Part shown: piece after piece, positions 19,018-29,649 of the stretch
Position numbering within the stretch: the first letter of the stretch is position 1
Layout of the letters: every line of letters begins with the position of its first letter
Source: a virus
Taxonomy: Duplodnaviria > Caudoviricetes
IMG/VR virus record: IMGVR_UViG_3300020156_000026
Span: 1,909 to 65,908 of that record
Strand: one strand, 5' to 3'
DNA: 64,000 nucleotides
Translations under genes and position numbers: made by a program
Notes under the pieces: model-generated
The model's input: only the letters and a program-made list of their open reading frames with translations
Databases searched by the model: none
Told to the model about the DNA's origin: nothing

Positions 19018-19650
19018 ATGAATTTAAATCTTGGTGACACTAAACTAATCATTGAGGAAGCTAAAAAGCATGGCCTCTCTCTCCACGAATTGGCCTACGT
19101 ACTGGCTACTGCATATCATGAGACTGCTCACACAATGAAGCCTGTCCGCGAGTATGGTGGAGAAAAATATCTCAAATCTAAGAAGTACTATCCCTATGTA
19201 GGTATGGGCTATGTTCAGCTTACTTGGAAAACGAATTATGAAAAAGCATCTAAGAAGTTCGGAGTAGATTTTGTAGCTCACCCGAAGCTCCTTCTTGAGC
19301 CTAAGTACGCTGCCCCAATTCTTGTTGTTGGGATGAAAGAAGGTTGGTTTACTGGTAAGTCTCTTAAAAGTTACATTGATGACCTCGATGAGCCAGATAA
19401 AGAAGATCTTCGTGAATTTGCTAATGCTCGTCGTATTATCAACGGTACTGATAAGCAAGTAGAAATTGGATATCTCGCCCTTGAGTATGAGAAGCTTCTC
19501 AAGGATGCTGCATATGGCATTCCAGTGCCCGTAGAGACGCCTACAGAGCCCGTACAGGAAGTTCCTAAGGTTGAAGCCCCTGTGGTAGTGGAAAAGAAAG
19601 AAACGCTTCTAGACTTCGTTATTAAGCTTTTAAAGGTGGTGTTTAAATGA
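19018..19650 (+). CDS. Endolysin, glycoside hydrolase family 19-like
   Basis: AYVLATAYHET, GMGYVQLTWKTNY and ARRIING motifs. Confidence 0.88.
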   Translation: MNLNLGDTKLIIEEAKKHGLSLHELAYVLATAYHETAHTMKPVREYGGEKYLKSKKYYPYVGMGYVQLTWKTNYEKASKKFGVDFVAHPKLLLEPKYAAPILVVGMKEGWFTGKSLKSYIDDLDEPDKEDLREFANARRIINGTDKQVEIGYLALEYEKLLKDAAYGIPVPVETPTEPVQEVPKVEAPVVVEKKETLLDFVIKLLKVVFK

Positions 19651-20027
19651 GTTTTCTAATTTCAATCGGTAAGTGGATCGGGAGTTTCCTTATTGGAGGT
19701 TCCCTTGATAAAATTCTTGACACCATTGAACACAAGATGGACGATGAAACAAAGAAGGAAGAAATCAAGGCTGAAGTAACTAAGAAGTGGATTGATGCTC
19801 AGTCTCAGCTTCTAGTTGGTCGCACTTGGTGGTTCCAGCTTTTCTTTGTACTCCCACTTGGGTTCCATTGGGCATGTCTCAATTTTGTAAGTGCCCTTCC
19901 TCAATACGGATGGGTAGTACACCCACTTCCCGCCCCATTTGATAGTTGGGCAGGTCATATCGTAGCCGCTCTCTTTATTGTTGATGGTGGTAAGGCGCTT
20001 ATGAATAAGTTTCTTGGGAGTAAGTAA
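19647..20027 (+). CDS. Holin-like membrane protein
   Basis: Overlaps the endolysin stop; two to three hydrophobic segments. Confidence 0.6.
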   Translation: MSFLISIGKWIGSFLIGGSLDKILDTIEHKMDDETKKEEIKAEVTKKWIDAQSQLLVGRTWWFQLFFVLPLGFHWACLNFVSALPQYGWVVHPLPAPFDSWAGHIVAALFIVDGGKALMNKFLGSK

Positions 20028-21589
20028 TGGCTGAGATTACAGAGGCAAATTTTGATTATGCGGGTTATAATGCCAAGCATGGGATTGTCAATAAACTAAA
20101 TGATCCAAAAGATAAAACTAAAATTTGGGCTCATTATCAAAATGCTCAGCAACTTGAAAAAGGCGCTGAATACACCCCTGGTGGGGAAATAACCCCTCAG
20201 AATGTGACTGACTATGGTGGACAGACTGTTCAGAACACTGGTAATAATATTATCAATGCTCAGAATGGCACTTCTGTTGCTGCTGGTATTAATAACGCTG
20301 CTAATACTGGTACTGCTGCTCAGGTAAATGCCAATGATCCTAAGTATACTATGGGTACAACTCCTACTGTTGATGCACAACAGGTAACTGGTGTTACTAA
20401 TCCCGGTACTGCTGGATACGAAGTAGATAAGACTGAAGGTAAGGTTGCTGATAACACTATGGATGCTGCTCAAGGGCAGGTATCTCAAGGTGCACAGCTA
20501 ACAGATGATGAAATTGCTCAGCATGATCTTAATGCTATTGCGTCTGGTAAGAATGCCGATGGTACTGATAACGTACTAGGTCAGGCTCTTAACAAACATG
20601 CATCCCTTAATCTTGATGACGTAGACCCTCGTGCTACCGTCAAAGGACAAGTAGAACAGCTTCAGAAGGACTTTGTAGACCCTGTTACAGGTGAACCTAA
20701 AATCCCTCTGTATGCTCAAGGTGCCGCTCGTAATGTAGCCAAGATTGCTGCCTTCTCAGGTATGACAGGAACTGCTGCAACTGCTGCCATGGCTCAGGCT
20801 ATGATGGAGTCCAGCATTACAATGGCAACTGAAGACGCTAAGTTCTTCCAGACTGTCACCTTGACTAACTTGAGTAATGAACAGCAGTCTATTATCAATA
20901 CTGCAAACGTCTTGTCTAAGATGGCAGAACAGAATGTTGATAACCGTATGGCTGCCGCTATTCAGAACTCTAAAGCATTCATGGATATGGATCTTGCCAA
21001 CCTGAACAATGAGCAACAGGCTCGTGTGATTAACAATCAGGCTCGTATTCAGTCTATCCTTGAAGACTCCAAGGCAGAGAACACCAAACGAATGTTTGAA
21101 GCTGAGAGTGAAAACGAAATGAATAAGTTCTACGATCAGTTGAACACTCAAATCAAGCAATTCAACTCTACTCAGACTTTGGATGCTGACAAATTCAATG
21201 CCTCTATGGAAGACTCTCGTGAGAAGTTCTACAAAGAGATGCAGTACAATATCGATATTTCTAATGCTAAGTGGCGTCAGGAAGTCCAGTTGCAAGACGA
21301 TCAACAGAAGTTTGAAGCTGTAACTCAGGACGTTAAGAACGCAGTGGATCTTACTGCACAGCAGCTTAATCAGCTTTGGGATCGTTCTGATGCCCTTCTG
21401 GATTATATCTGGAAGTCTGGTGAAAATCAGAAGGATCGTGATGCCCAAATGGCAATCGCTAAGTTCCAAGCTAAGGCTGGACAAAAGGGTCAGACTGCTG
21501 CTGCTATTGGTTCTATTGTCGGTAACTTTGTCGGTTCAGAGGCTGGTTCAGATATGATTAGTGGTGCACTAGGTAAGATGTTCAGTTAA
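20027..21589 (+). CDS. Internal virion (ejection) protein
   Basis: Gln/Ala/Asn-rich helical protein with a Gly-rich hydrophobic C-terminus. Confidence 0.65.
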   Translation: MAEITEANFDYAGYNAKHGIVNKLNDPKDKTKIWAHYQNAQQLEKGAEYTPGGEITPQNVTDYGGQTVQNTGNNIINAQNGTSVAAGINNAANTGTAAQVNANDPKYTMGTTPTVDAQQVTGVTNPGTAGYEVDKTEGKVADNTMDAAQGQVSQGAQLTDDEIAQHDLNAIASGKNADGTDNVLGQALNKHASLNLDDVDPRATVKGQVEQLQKDFVDPVTGEPKIPLYAQGAARNVAKIAAFSGMTGTAATAAMAQAMMESSITMATEDAKFFQTVTLTNLSNEQQSIINTANVLSKMAEQNVDNRMAAAIQNSKAFMDMDLANLNNEQQARVINNQARIQSILEDSKAENTKRMFEAESENEMNKFYDQLNTQIKQFNSTQTLDADKFNASMEDSREKFYKEMQYNIDISNAKWRQEVQLQDDQQKFEAVTQDVKNAVDLTAQQLNQLWDRSDALLDYIWKSGENQKDRDAQMAIAKFQAKAGQKGQTAAAIGSIVGNFVGSEAGSDMISGALGKMFS

Positions 21590-21600
21590 CGGAGTATAAT

Positions 21601-21831
21601 ATGGCTAGATCAATTACATTTGAAGATGCTGTTCGTCGAGCAGTTAAATCTTACTATGATGGTGCTACTTTCGATAGTTATGAAAAAGTAAATAAAAAGC
21701 CTAGTAAGTACAACCTTGACATGTTTGATGAAGTTCAAAGCTCATTCAAAAAGCGTGGTAAGAAAAAGAAGAAAGAGACTTTGGAAGACCTTGAAGAGGT
21801 AGTTCAGACGGAGGAAGATGACAATGGCTAA
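21601..21831 (+). CDS. Hypothetical protein
   Basis: GGAG RBS. Confidence 0.6.
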   Translation: MARSITFEDAVRRAVKSYYDGATFDSYEKVNKKPSKYNLDMFDEVQSSFKKRGKKKKKETLEDLEEVVQTEEDDNG

Positions 21832-22357
21832 AGAACTACCTGTTCCTATTCCGGGTGAAAATTTCACGTCAGATGTAAAGAGCTATCCGTGGCATAGGCC
21901 TCCGGAATTTACTGATATTGATGATGCTCTAGACTACATTGCTAGAAAAATTACTGACTTTCAGGTGGCTAACACCTTCCTCACTCTTGCTGAGATTGGT
22001 GTTCCACTCTGGAAGATTGCTGACTTTATTGTCACTGCTGGTATTGGTGAGGGTAAATGGACACCTGATTTTGCTCTTCTACTTGCAGGACCAATCACTA
22101 AGATGATTGAGACTATGTGTATTGCATTCGATGTTGAGTATGATCTTGACCTTGATGAAGACGAAAAAGTGTTTACTGGTACTTTCTTCAAGGGAGCAAC
22201 TGAACTTAAGGCTCATAAAGCTGAAGGTGCTTACAAGATTGTTAAGGAAGAACTACCTGAAATCAAAAATGCTGCTGCTAATCAGGAGAACCCTGAAGGT
22301 GGTGAAGCTGCACCTGAAGAGAAAACAGGTGGGTTTATGTCAATGATGGGAGCTTAA
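21818..22357 (+). CDS. Putative virion protein
   Basis: PIPGENFT...YPWHRPP motif; operon context. Confidence 0.65.
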   Translation: MTMAKELPVPIPGENFTSDVKSYPWHRPPEFTDIDDALDYIARKITDFQVANTFLTLAEIGVPLWKIADFIVTAGIGEGKWTPDFALLLAGPITKMIETMCIAFDVEYDLDLDEDEKVFTGTFFKGATELKAHKAEGAYKIVKEELPEIKNAAANQENPEGGEAAPEEKTGGFMSMMGA

Positions 22358-22361
22358 TCTT

Positions 22362-24143
22362 ATGGCTAATTTTATGACGGGGTTTGCAGAGGGCTATATT
22401 AATGCCGCAGATAAGCGTCGTGAACGTGAGGCTGACAAAGAAAACCTACAGTTTAAGTATCGTATGGATGCTCTCACAGAAAAGCGTACCCTCCGAGAGC
22501 AGCAGAAGCTTCAAGAAGTAGAATGGACCAAACAGGCTAAGATTGCTGCTGAACGTATCGGTGACCCTTCTTTTGCTACTGAAGCCTACAAGCAATTTGC
22601 TGCTGGACGTACTGTAGAGCAAGTCTTTACTGATATTGACTCTGGTAGCTACTCTCGTGATCCTAATTATCAGCGACCCGCTACGACTGTTAAGTTCGAA
22701 ACTCCTAAGGGTGTAGCACCTGAAGAGCAGGGTGATACTAGTTATCGTGATCCTGCTGTATCTGCTCAGCCTAGTGAACCTGAAGGTCTTATGGCTCGTG
22801 GTAAGCGTATCAATCAGGAACGGATGGATAGTCGTATTGATGAACGTATCCGTGATGTTGATCCTACACTTCTGGATGATGAGGTAGAGACTGCACAAGT
22901 AGATACTACTGGTGAACCTACTGGATGGGTCTATAAGAATAAGAATGAAGTTGAACTCCCACCGGAAGGTGACGTTCGTCTACGTCTTGCTAAGGCTCAA
23001 CAGACTGGTGATAAGTCTGGTCAGAAGGAGGCTGAACTTCAGTTGTCCATCTGGAATACTATTCATGCTGAAGAGACTAAGCGCACGAAGGATGCAGAAG
23101 GTAAAAATACTGGATACTTCTTCCGTGTCGGTTCTAATAACCGTGTTGGCACAATGTTCCTTGGTGAAGTTCAGGAAACTGATGAAGGTAATGTAGTCTT
23201 TGACGTATCTAATCCCACACAGGAAAAGGTTGTCACTGAAGACTTTATCGCTGTTTCTGAAGATGGCCTTAAGGAATATCAGCAGGTGGCTAAGGACTTT
23301 GGTACTGCTGCAAAGGATTACAACGTTGCTAAGGATGAGTTCAAGGGTGCCCTGTCCGTTTCTGCGGATATTGTAAGCATCTTGGAGCGTAACCCTGAAG
23401 TTACTACTCTTGCTGGTCAGGGTGCTAAGTACCTCAATCAGCTTGAAGATGAAGTCAAGGGTATTGCTAATGTTCTTGATCAACAGGGTAATGAGATCGA
23501 ACAGCAGATCGGAACTGGTAATACTGAAGGTCTTCAGGCTAAGATTTACGAGTATGAAAAGCAGGCTCAAAACCTCTTGTCTACTCCGAACAAATCACTT
23601 GCTCAGGACGTAGTTGAATATGAAACCCTTCGTAAGTTGGCTGCATTTAAGTATGCTGCTGCTAATGGTGTATCCGGACAGGGTATGTCTGATCGTGACT
23701 TCCGTGAGTTCTATGAAGCAACTGGTGGTTCTAAGAATAAGGAAGCTGTTATCAAGGCTCTTCAGAATAACGCTGCCTCTGTCTTTGCTGTACTTGATAG
23801 TGCACGTATGACACTTGACAAGAACCAACAGGTTCGGGTATTCGAAGATACTTATCTCCAAGGTAAGTCCAGTGGCCTTCGTCCAGGATTTATCGGTGAT
23901 GATCTTGCCCCTCGCATGAGGCCCTTCTTTGAACAGGCTTATGCACAATATAAGCAAGGTTTGAGTAGGAATTCTTCTGTTGCCTCTGGTGGTGCTGAAC
24001 AGACTACCAAACCTGCTGCACAAGAACAACCACAATCTAGTTACGAAGCTGGTAAGTCTTATACATTCCGTACTAAGGATGGTAAAACTGTCACCAAAAC
24101 CTTTAAGGGTGGTAACTATAAAGATCCAAATAGCTGGGAGTAA
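22362..24143 (+). CDS. Internal virion protein
   Basis: FMTGFAEG start; helical; C-terminal FKGGNYKDPNSWE. Confidence 0.6.
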   Translation: MANFMTGFAEGYINAADKRREREADKENLQFKYRMDALTEKRTLREQQKLQEVEWTKQAKIAAERIGDPSFATEAYKQFAAGRTVEQVFTDIDSGSYSRDPNYQRPATTVKFETPKGVAPEEQGDTSYRDPAVSAQPSEPEGLMARGKRINQERMDSRIDERIRDVDPTLLDDEVETAQVDTTGEPTGWVYKNKNEVELPPEGDVRLRLAKAQQTGDKSGQKEAELQLSIWNTIHAEETKRTKDAEGKNTGYFFRVGSNNRVGTMFLGEVQETDEGNVVFDVSNPTQEKVVTEDFIAVSEDGLKEYQQVAKDFGTAAKDYNVAKDEFKGALSVSADIVSILERNPEVTTLAGQGAKYLNQLEDEVKGIANVLDQQGNEIEQQIGTGNTEGLQAKIYEYEKQAQNLLSTPNKSLAQDVVEYETLRKLAAFKYAAANGVSGQGMSDRDFREFYEATGGSKNKEAVIKALQNNAASVFAVLDSARMTLDKNQQVRVFEDTYLQGKSSGLRPGFIGDDLAPRMRPFFEQAYAQYKQGLSRNSSVASGGAEQTTKPAAQEQPQSSYEAGKSYTFRTKDGKTVTKTFKGGNYKDPNSWE

Positions 24144-24146
24144 CAA

Positions 24147-27100
24147 ATGGAAGAACTAGAGCTGGCCCCTTGGGAAACTGAAGAGCAGAATTCTACAGAA
24201 GAACAGTTGGAACTAGCCCCTTGGGAAACCGAGGGGTCAGCTCCTGATACTGGTGGCCTTACTATGCCAGATACCATGTTTGATGACATGGCTGCTGAAC
24301 GTAGGGCAGAGGATCAGGCGTTTGAAGAAAGTGGTCGATACGCTGGTCCACAGGGTTCTCCTGTTCGTTCTCACAAAGATCTCTATGAGAGTACTCTAAA
24401 TAAATATCCGGAACGGGTCCGTAAGGAATACCTTCAGTCTATTGGTGAACAGTGGACTCCTGATCTTCCTACATTGGATATTACAACTGGTTTTGGTGCC
24501 TTTGGTACTCCCCTCTCTGAAGAGGAAAGCAAGCAGCTTGAACAGCTAGAAAAAGATCTTCAAGTTGTATATAACAATGCTGGTGAAGAGGAAGCCATTG
24601 GTGAAATCTTCGGTATGGAGATCCCCTATAAGGCTCGTTTCCAGTATAGGACTACGAATAATCCTGACTTTGATCCTAGTAAGGATGAGAGTGAAGATAA
24701 CCCTGCTATGATCCGCAAGAGGTATTATGTATCTCCCCCGGATCAGAATACAATTATGCGTATGGGTTATGAACTTCTGAATAGTGTTGTCTCAGGTGTT
24801 GGTGATCTTGCCACTGGTAATATCACAGAGGAAGGCCCTTTCAGTAAGGCAATCCCGGATATGGTTCCCGACTCTGGAGCAGAAGATTTTGCTGTGGAAG
24901 TCACTAGTCTAATTGTTGGGCAGGGTGTAGCGAAAGAGGGACTTAAAAAGACTGCTAAGGGTGTAAAGGCTGTTAGTAAGCTTGGACAGACTAGTCGTAT
25001 TGCTAGTAGAACTCGTGATCTTATTAGTCCAGAAATGGCCGGTAAGATTAAGTCCACATATGCTCAAGTCTTTGCTCAGACTGGTAATGCCGCCAAGGCT
25101 CTCAAGGCTGCTAATGGACTTACCCGTACTGCTGTGATTGGTCTAGGCTATGGTCTAGTCGATGCTTCTATTGTTGATAACGACTCCGAAGGTCTTGTCA
25201 CAGCTACGATTGGTAATGATACTATTCAGCAGCTATTTCCTTGGGCAGACGAACGTAGGGCCAACGATATTGCAATGATGCTTGATACCCCTCTTATAAA
25301 TGGAACTGTATCACTGTTCGGTGCAATGGCTCGTGGTGTCTCTGAAGGTTTTGTTAAGCCCGGTATTGGTGGTATTCGTAATCTTGAAATTTTCAACAAG
25401 AAGCTTGGTGGGGCTTTCGGGAAAGTTCCTGGTGCTGGTATCTCTGAAATGGATGCTGGTCTTAAGACTATCACTTGGATCGACCCCAATCTTGAAGGGG
25501 TTCCGATTGAAGAGTTTGTCTACCGTACCACTCTTATGGGACAGTCTCTTGAAGCTCATGCCACTAAGAACCTTCAGTTGGCTAGTGCTGGTAAACAAGT
25601 TGATCTTGACACTACCTCTGCATTCATTCCTGCATTGGATCAGTACTTCCGAAGTGCCTATGCTCACAAGAAGGAGCAAATGGGTGTTAAGAACTTCAAT
25701 GAATGGATTTCAGAACAGGTTGATGGTGCCTCTACTCGTCTTATCGAGTTGAAAACTGCCGTTTCTGGCAATCCAACCATGGTTAATAAGACCACTGGCA
25801 ATGTCTCTAATGTTGAAGACATGATCGATGAAGCCTCTGGTGGATACTCTCCTACTGGTAAGCTACATGACATACAGGAACAGGCAGGTGAAACTCTTGC
25901 TAATAGTGAGCGTGAACTTGTAGAGCGTCAGAGGGCTGATACAGAGCTGTTTGAACAGCAGGCTGATGCAGCTAAGGCTGAACTCGATAACGCCATGGCA
26001 ACTGATCCTCGTGTCAAGGAGATCCTTAAGAGGGCTGATCTGGAAGATAACTTCGGTTCTACTCATCCTCTGGATAATGAACTAGCAACTGTTCTTCCTG
26101 AAGCTGTTTATAAAAGCTACAAGAACATGAAAACTGGGATTAATGAAGCCTATAGTGCTGTCGCTAATCATGGTTCAGATGTACCAGCAGATGTAGACTC
26201 TTTCATGGAACAGCTTAAGGCTATCCCCGGAGCAGTAGACGAAACTGGTGAAATTGCTAACTCTTCTCTTAAGAAGATCGCTCAAAGCGTTGAGAAGGAT
26301 GGTAGCTTTGCTAACCTCTGGAACAATGTTAACAACGATATCAATAAGGCAATTAAGAAGCTCGGTACTGATGAACAAAGTCGTGCTGTTGCTGATGGCC
26401 TTTATGCCCTTAAGAGGAATATCAAAGAACATCAGATCCAGCATATTATGAACAACGCTGAACAGTTTGGCCCTGAAGTTGCTGAATTGGCTAAGACTGC
26501 TAACGATGGTTACATCAAGTATGTCAACACCTTTGGTGCTACACAGGAAACTCGTCAGATTGCTAAGTTGGGTCGAGAACGCCTTGCAGGTGAAAATCGT
26601 CCATCTGAAGTTGATGGTGTTGCTGTAGGTCCAGGACAGGGTGTAGAAGACTTCGAAATTGGAACTTCTACTATTGTTACTGACTCCACAAAGGGAGTAG
26701 CTGCCGGTAAGAAGCTTAATGCTATTCTTCGTGCTGCGGAAGCTGGTGGACAAGGTGCTGCTGCTAATCAAGCATTGACTGATTATTATACTGGCCAGGT
26801 GGCTAAGGGCATTATGGATGACATGGCTAAGGGTACTAACGTATCTCCTAAGACTTTGCGCAATAGCGTAAAGAATGTCATCACCACTCTTGGTAATCTT
26901 GATGCACCAATCATCAATGATCTGAAGGCTATTGAAGCCCGACTGGCTAAATTGGAGAACACTAAGAATGTTTCCGAGGAAGCTATGAAGGAGATGCAAG
27001 CTCAACTTGAAGAGGTTTATACTCATTCACAGAAGAGTGCAGCAGCCAAGTTTATCTATAACTACGATCCTAGATACGCTGGTAAAGCAGAGACTGTGTC

Positions 27101-27830
27101 TAATCCTGAAATAGTTCTAGATCAAATCTTTAATAGTCCTACTAGTGGTAACGACATTAATGCTTTGCTTACTCGTGCTAAAACCCTTGGTCCAGAAGAG
27201 GGTGAAGCTATTAAGGACGCTCTCAAGGGCTCTTATCTTGACTATACTAAGCGTAATATCTTTGGTTGGTCAGAGATTGGCTCTAAGGTAGAGGACGGTA
27301 AAGTCCGTAAGGTTTATAACCTTCGGAATAAGGGTCTTGAGGAATATTTTGACAATCCACAAAATCGTAAGAACATGGGGATCATCTTTAAGGATGAGCC
27401 TGAAGTTATTGCGCAAATGGATGAGACTGTCGAAACCCTTAAGAACATGACTCTTAAGAGTAAGAAGAGTGCAGATGACCTCCTTGGTGATGTTCCCCCG
27501 GAACTCAATCCTGAGAAGGGTGTCAACACTGTTATTACTCTTGTGTGGGGTGTCCTTAATCCTACTGCAACTCGTGTCCGTAGGTTCACTGGTCCTGCCT
27601 CTATTGAAGATCTTAAACAGGTCAAGGCTATTCGTGAAGCTACTCTTGCTGCTATGCTTGCTGATCCCCGTAAGTTTACGAGTATTATCAATAAGTCCGC
27701 TGATAAAGCTCAGTGGGATATCGCATATAGAGAGATGTCTGAACTCGTTGCTCAGGCTGGTATTAAGTCCTATGTCACCGAAGAAGGTGAATATACGGGT
27801 AAGGATAAAAATCCTCCCGGCGTACAGTAA
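24147..27830 (+). CDS. Large internal virion (DNA ejection) protein
   Basis: 1227 aa, last gene of the structural operon; duplicated LELAPWETE at the N-terminus. Confidence 0.65.
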   Translation: MEELELAPWETEEQNSTEEQLELAPWETEGSAPDTGGLTMPDTMFDDMAAERRAEDQAFEESGRYAGPQGSPVRSHKDLYESTLNKYPERVRKEYLQSIGEQWTPDLPTLDITTGFGAFGTPLSEEESKQLEQLEKDLQVVYNNAGEEEAIGEIFGMEIPYKARFQYRTTNNPDFDPSKDESEDNPAMIRKRYYVSPPDQNTIMRMGYELLNSVVSGVGDLATGNITEEGPFSKAIPDMVPDSGAEDFAVEVTSLIVGQGVAKEGLKKTAKGVKAVSKLGQTSRIASRTRDLISPEMAGKIKSTYAQVFAQTGNAAKALKAANGLTRTAVIGLGYGLVDASIVDNDSEGLVTATIGNDTIQQLFPWADERRANDIAMMLDTPLINGTVSLFGAMARGVSEGFVKPGIGGIRNLEIFNKKLGGAFGKVPGAGISEMDAGLKTITWIDPNLEGVPIEEFVYRTTLMGQSLEAHATKNLQLASAGKQVDLDTTSAFIPALDQYFRSAYAHKKEQMGVKNFNEWISEQVDGASTRLIELKTAVSGNPTMVNKTTGNVSNVEDMIDEASGGYSPTGKLHDIQEQAGETLANSERELVERQRADTELFEQQADAAKAELDNAMATDPRVKEILKRADLEDNFGSTHPLDNELATVLPEAVYKSYKNMKTGINEAYSAVANHGSDVPADVDSFMEQLKAIPGAVDETGEIANSSLKKIAQSVEKDGSFANLWNNVNNDINKAIKKLGTDEQSRAVADGLYALKRNIKEHQIQHIMNNAEQFGPEVAELAKTANDGYIKYVNTFGATQETRQIAKLGRERLAGENRPSEVDGVAVGPGQGVEDFEIGTSTIVTDSTKGVAAGKKLNAILRAAEAGGQGAAANQALTDYYTGQVAKGIMDDMAKGTNVSPKTLRNSVKNVITTLGNLDAPIINDLKAIEARLAKLENTKNVSEEAMKEMQAQLEEVYTHSQKSAAAKFIYNYDPRYAGKAETVSNPEIVLDQIFNSPTSGNDINALLTRAKTLGPEEGEAIKDALKGSYLDYTKRNIFGWSEIGSKVEDGKVRKVYNLRNKGLEEYFDNPQNRKNMGIIFKDEPEVIAQMDETVETLKNMTLKSKKSADDLLGDVPPELNPEKGVNTVITLVWGVLNPTATRVRRFTGPASIEDLKQVKAIREATLAAMLADPRKFTSIINKSADKAQWDIAYREMSELVAQAGIKSYVTEEGEYTGKDKNPPGVQ

Positions 27831-27852
27831 GATAGCCTAGCGGCCATCAAAT

Positions 27853-27933
27853 AAAAAAAAGCCCCCGTAGGGAACCACAAGTATCTCCAACCTGGAAATA
27901 CGAGCGGAACCCTACGGGGGCTTTTTGCGTTTT
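27853..27933. terminator. Bidirectional terminator between the two convergent genome halves
   Basis: A8-GCCCCCGTAGGG...CCCTACGGGGGC-T5 with an internal secondary hairpin. Confidence 0.85.
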
Positions 27934-28067
27934 AGAACTTCTTTATACATCCATCCAGATATTCATCACTGATGATGTAAGGTCCTCGTAATGTTGAAGG
28001 TCTCTTACGAGTGTTAATTACTGCATTACGTAGTATCGTCCACAGTTGTTCGCCCCTTTCATTTCGT

Positions 28068-28400
28068 TTAATGTTCACGAGTAGCTCTCCATTCAGCAAG
28101 AGATTCACGAGTACCTGAAGAATTCTCTAGGATAGACTCAGGTTTATCATCAATCCAAACATCAGGTATCCATCCTTTGAAGTCATTAGCGAACCAAGTA
28201 CAGAAATATTTCTTGGCTACACCATCACAATAGATGATGGGAACGTGATCTATAATATGATCGATGTTATCATCTCGTGGAGAACGAGTAGTAACAATAC
28301 GAACATCATGCCCATGCATTGTAGCAGTAGCAATAACTTCATCCCAAAACTCAGGAGCTAGAGAATAAGTCATATCATAATCAAGTGCGATCTTCACCAT
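28068..28400 (-). CDS. HAD-superfamily hydrolase
   Basis: IALDYDMT motif I and WIDD motif IV; start moved to MVKIALD. Confidence 0.7.
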   Translation of the reverse strand: MVKIALDYDMTYSLAPEFWDEVIATATMHGHDVRIVTTRSPRDDNIDHIIDHVPIIYCDGVAKKYFCTWFANDFKGWIPDVWIDDKPESILENSSGTRESLAEWRATREH

Positions 28401-28602
28401 AAATCTCCTGAATTGCAAGTTCAATATAGTGAATAGCTTTTTCAAGGTCAGCCTTCTGTCCCTTAGCCCTATGTCGAGTTAGGTACTTAATGGCATTACC
28501 TTCATACCATCCGATGCCATTTCTGACAATATACTCACTAGGCTGGATGGCCATTTCCTTATAGTGATTACCACCTACTTGTCTGTCTTTTGGATCAGTC
28601 AT
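28381..28602 (-). CDS. DUF3310 / T7 gp1.7-like protein
   Basis: QVGGNHY...GNAIKYLTR...DLEKAIHY. Confidence 0.8.
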   Translation of the reverse strand: MTDPKDRQVGGNHYKEMAIQPSEYIVRNGIGWYEGNAIKYLTRHRAKGQKADLEKAIHYIELAIQEIYGEDRT

Positions 28603-29199
28603 TCAACCCCACTGTTCTGCCATTGCGTCTGCGATACCCTCATATGTTTCACTTCTTACTTTCCACCTATCTTCCGATGGACCCAATCGGTTCTGACCAC
28701 TGTCCGTTTGGTTACTCCACCTTTCCCGTCCGGCAACCATTCGTCCTGCAACACGCTGCGAGGGGTCGAGTACAAGGGGTGGGAGGTTCTTGAGCCAGAG
28801 GCACGTCCTCTTCGAGGCGTCGTGTCCAAACTCGTACGGTTGGATAATTTGATCAGGTCGTCTAATTCGAGTACTGATACAAGATATAGGATTTTCAATA
28901 CAAATTTTTTCAATTGGCGCATCCATTAGTTTCTGGACAAATACCAGAGCCTCTTCTGTTTTCTGTGCCCTTTCAGGATTTTTCTTATTCCAATGAAGGC
29001 CAGATACAGAAAGATAAGTACAAGGAGGATGGGCGATCATTAGATCAAAACCATCATTGATAATATCAAATACGTCACCTTGATAATGGGGACCTTTACG
29101 ATCCGTAGGGAGAAGGTCACAACTAATAGCGTCATGACCCCTTGCAATAAAAGCATCCCTAACTACGCCGCTATATTCACAAGCGACTAATACTTTCAA
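28603..29199 (-). CDS. DNA cytosine methyltransferase-like protein
   Basis: VLVACEYSG SAM-binding-like start; catalytic HPPC; ENP motif. Confidence 0.65.
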   Translation of the reverse strand: MKVLVACEYSGVVRDAFIARGHDAISCDLLPTDRKGPHYQGDVFDIINDGFDLMIAHPPCTYLSVSGLHWNKKNPERAQKTEEALVFVQKLMDAPIEKICIENPISCISTRIRRPDQIIQPYEFGHDASKRTCLWLKNLPPLVLDPSQRVAGRMVAGRERWSNQTDSGQNRLGPSEDRWKVRSETYEGIADAMAEQWG

Positions 29200-29317
29200 A
29201 TTTTAATATACCTATAATGAGTAACAAAGCCTAGAAAACTATCTCTTTTGACTTCAATTTTATAGCCTTTTGGAGGCTCAGGTGGATCAATAAAACCACC
29301 CAGAGATATCCACTCAA

Positions 29318-29527
29318 TCAAATATCAAACTCCAACTGTTGCTTTTTGAAAATAACTCCTGCTCGAAACTTTGTGTTAATTTCTTCAAGTTCCGTCTTCT
29401 CAATGTGTAGACCCTCCGTTTCCAGAAGGTCCACCATCTTTTCGATCCAGGCTTCTGCCTGATCCCTTGTGACAAATACTGCAATCATACAACCATTCTC
29501 ATAAGTACCAGACATAGCTACTCTCAT
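29318..29527 (-). CDS. Hypothetical protein
   Basis: AAGGT RBS; sense strand of the module. Confidence 0.5.
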   Translation of the reverse strand: MRVAMSGTYENGCMIAVFVTRDQAEAWIEKMVDLLETEGLHIEKTELEEINTKFRAGVIFKKQQLEFDI

Positions 29528-29649
29528 TTTATTTTACCTTTTTGTTCTTCTCTATTTGCTCTATTTTATACCAAATAGTTTCTTCATAAGGTCGGGTAAT
29601 CATCTCCCTTAGAGTTTTAAGTTCATCCCAAACCTTTTTATGGATATCC

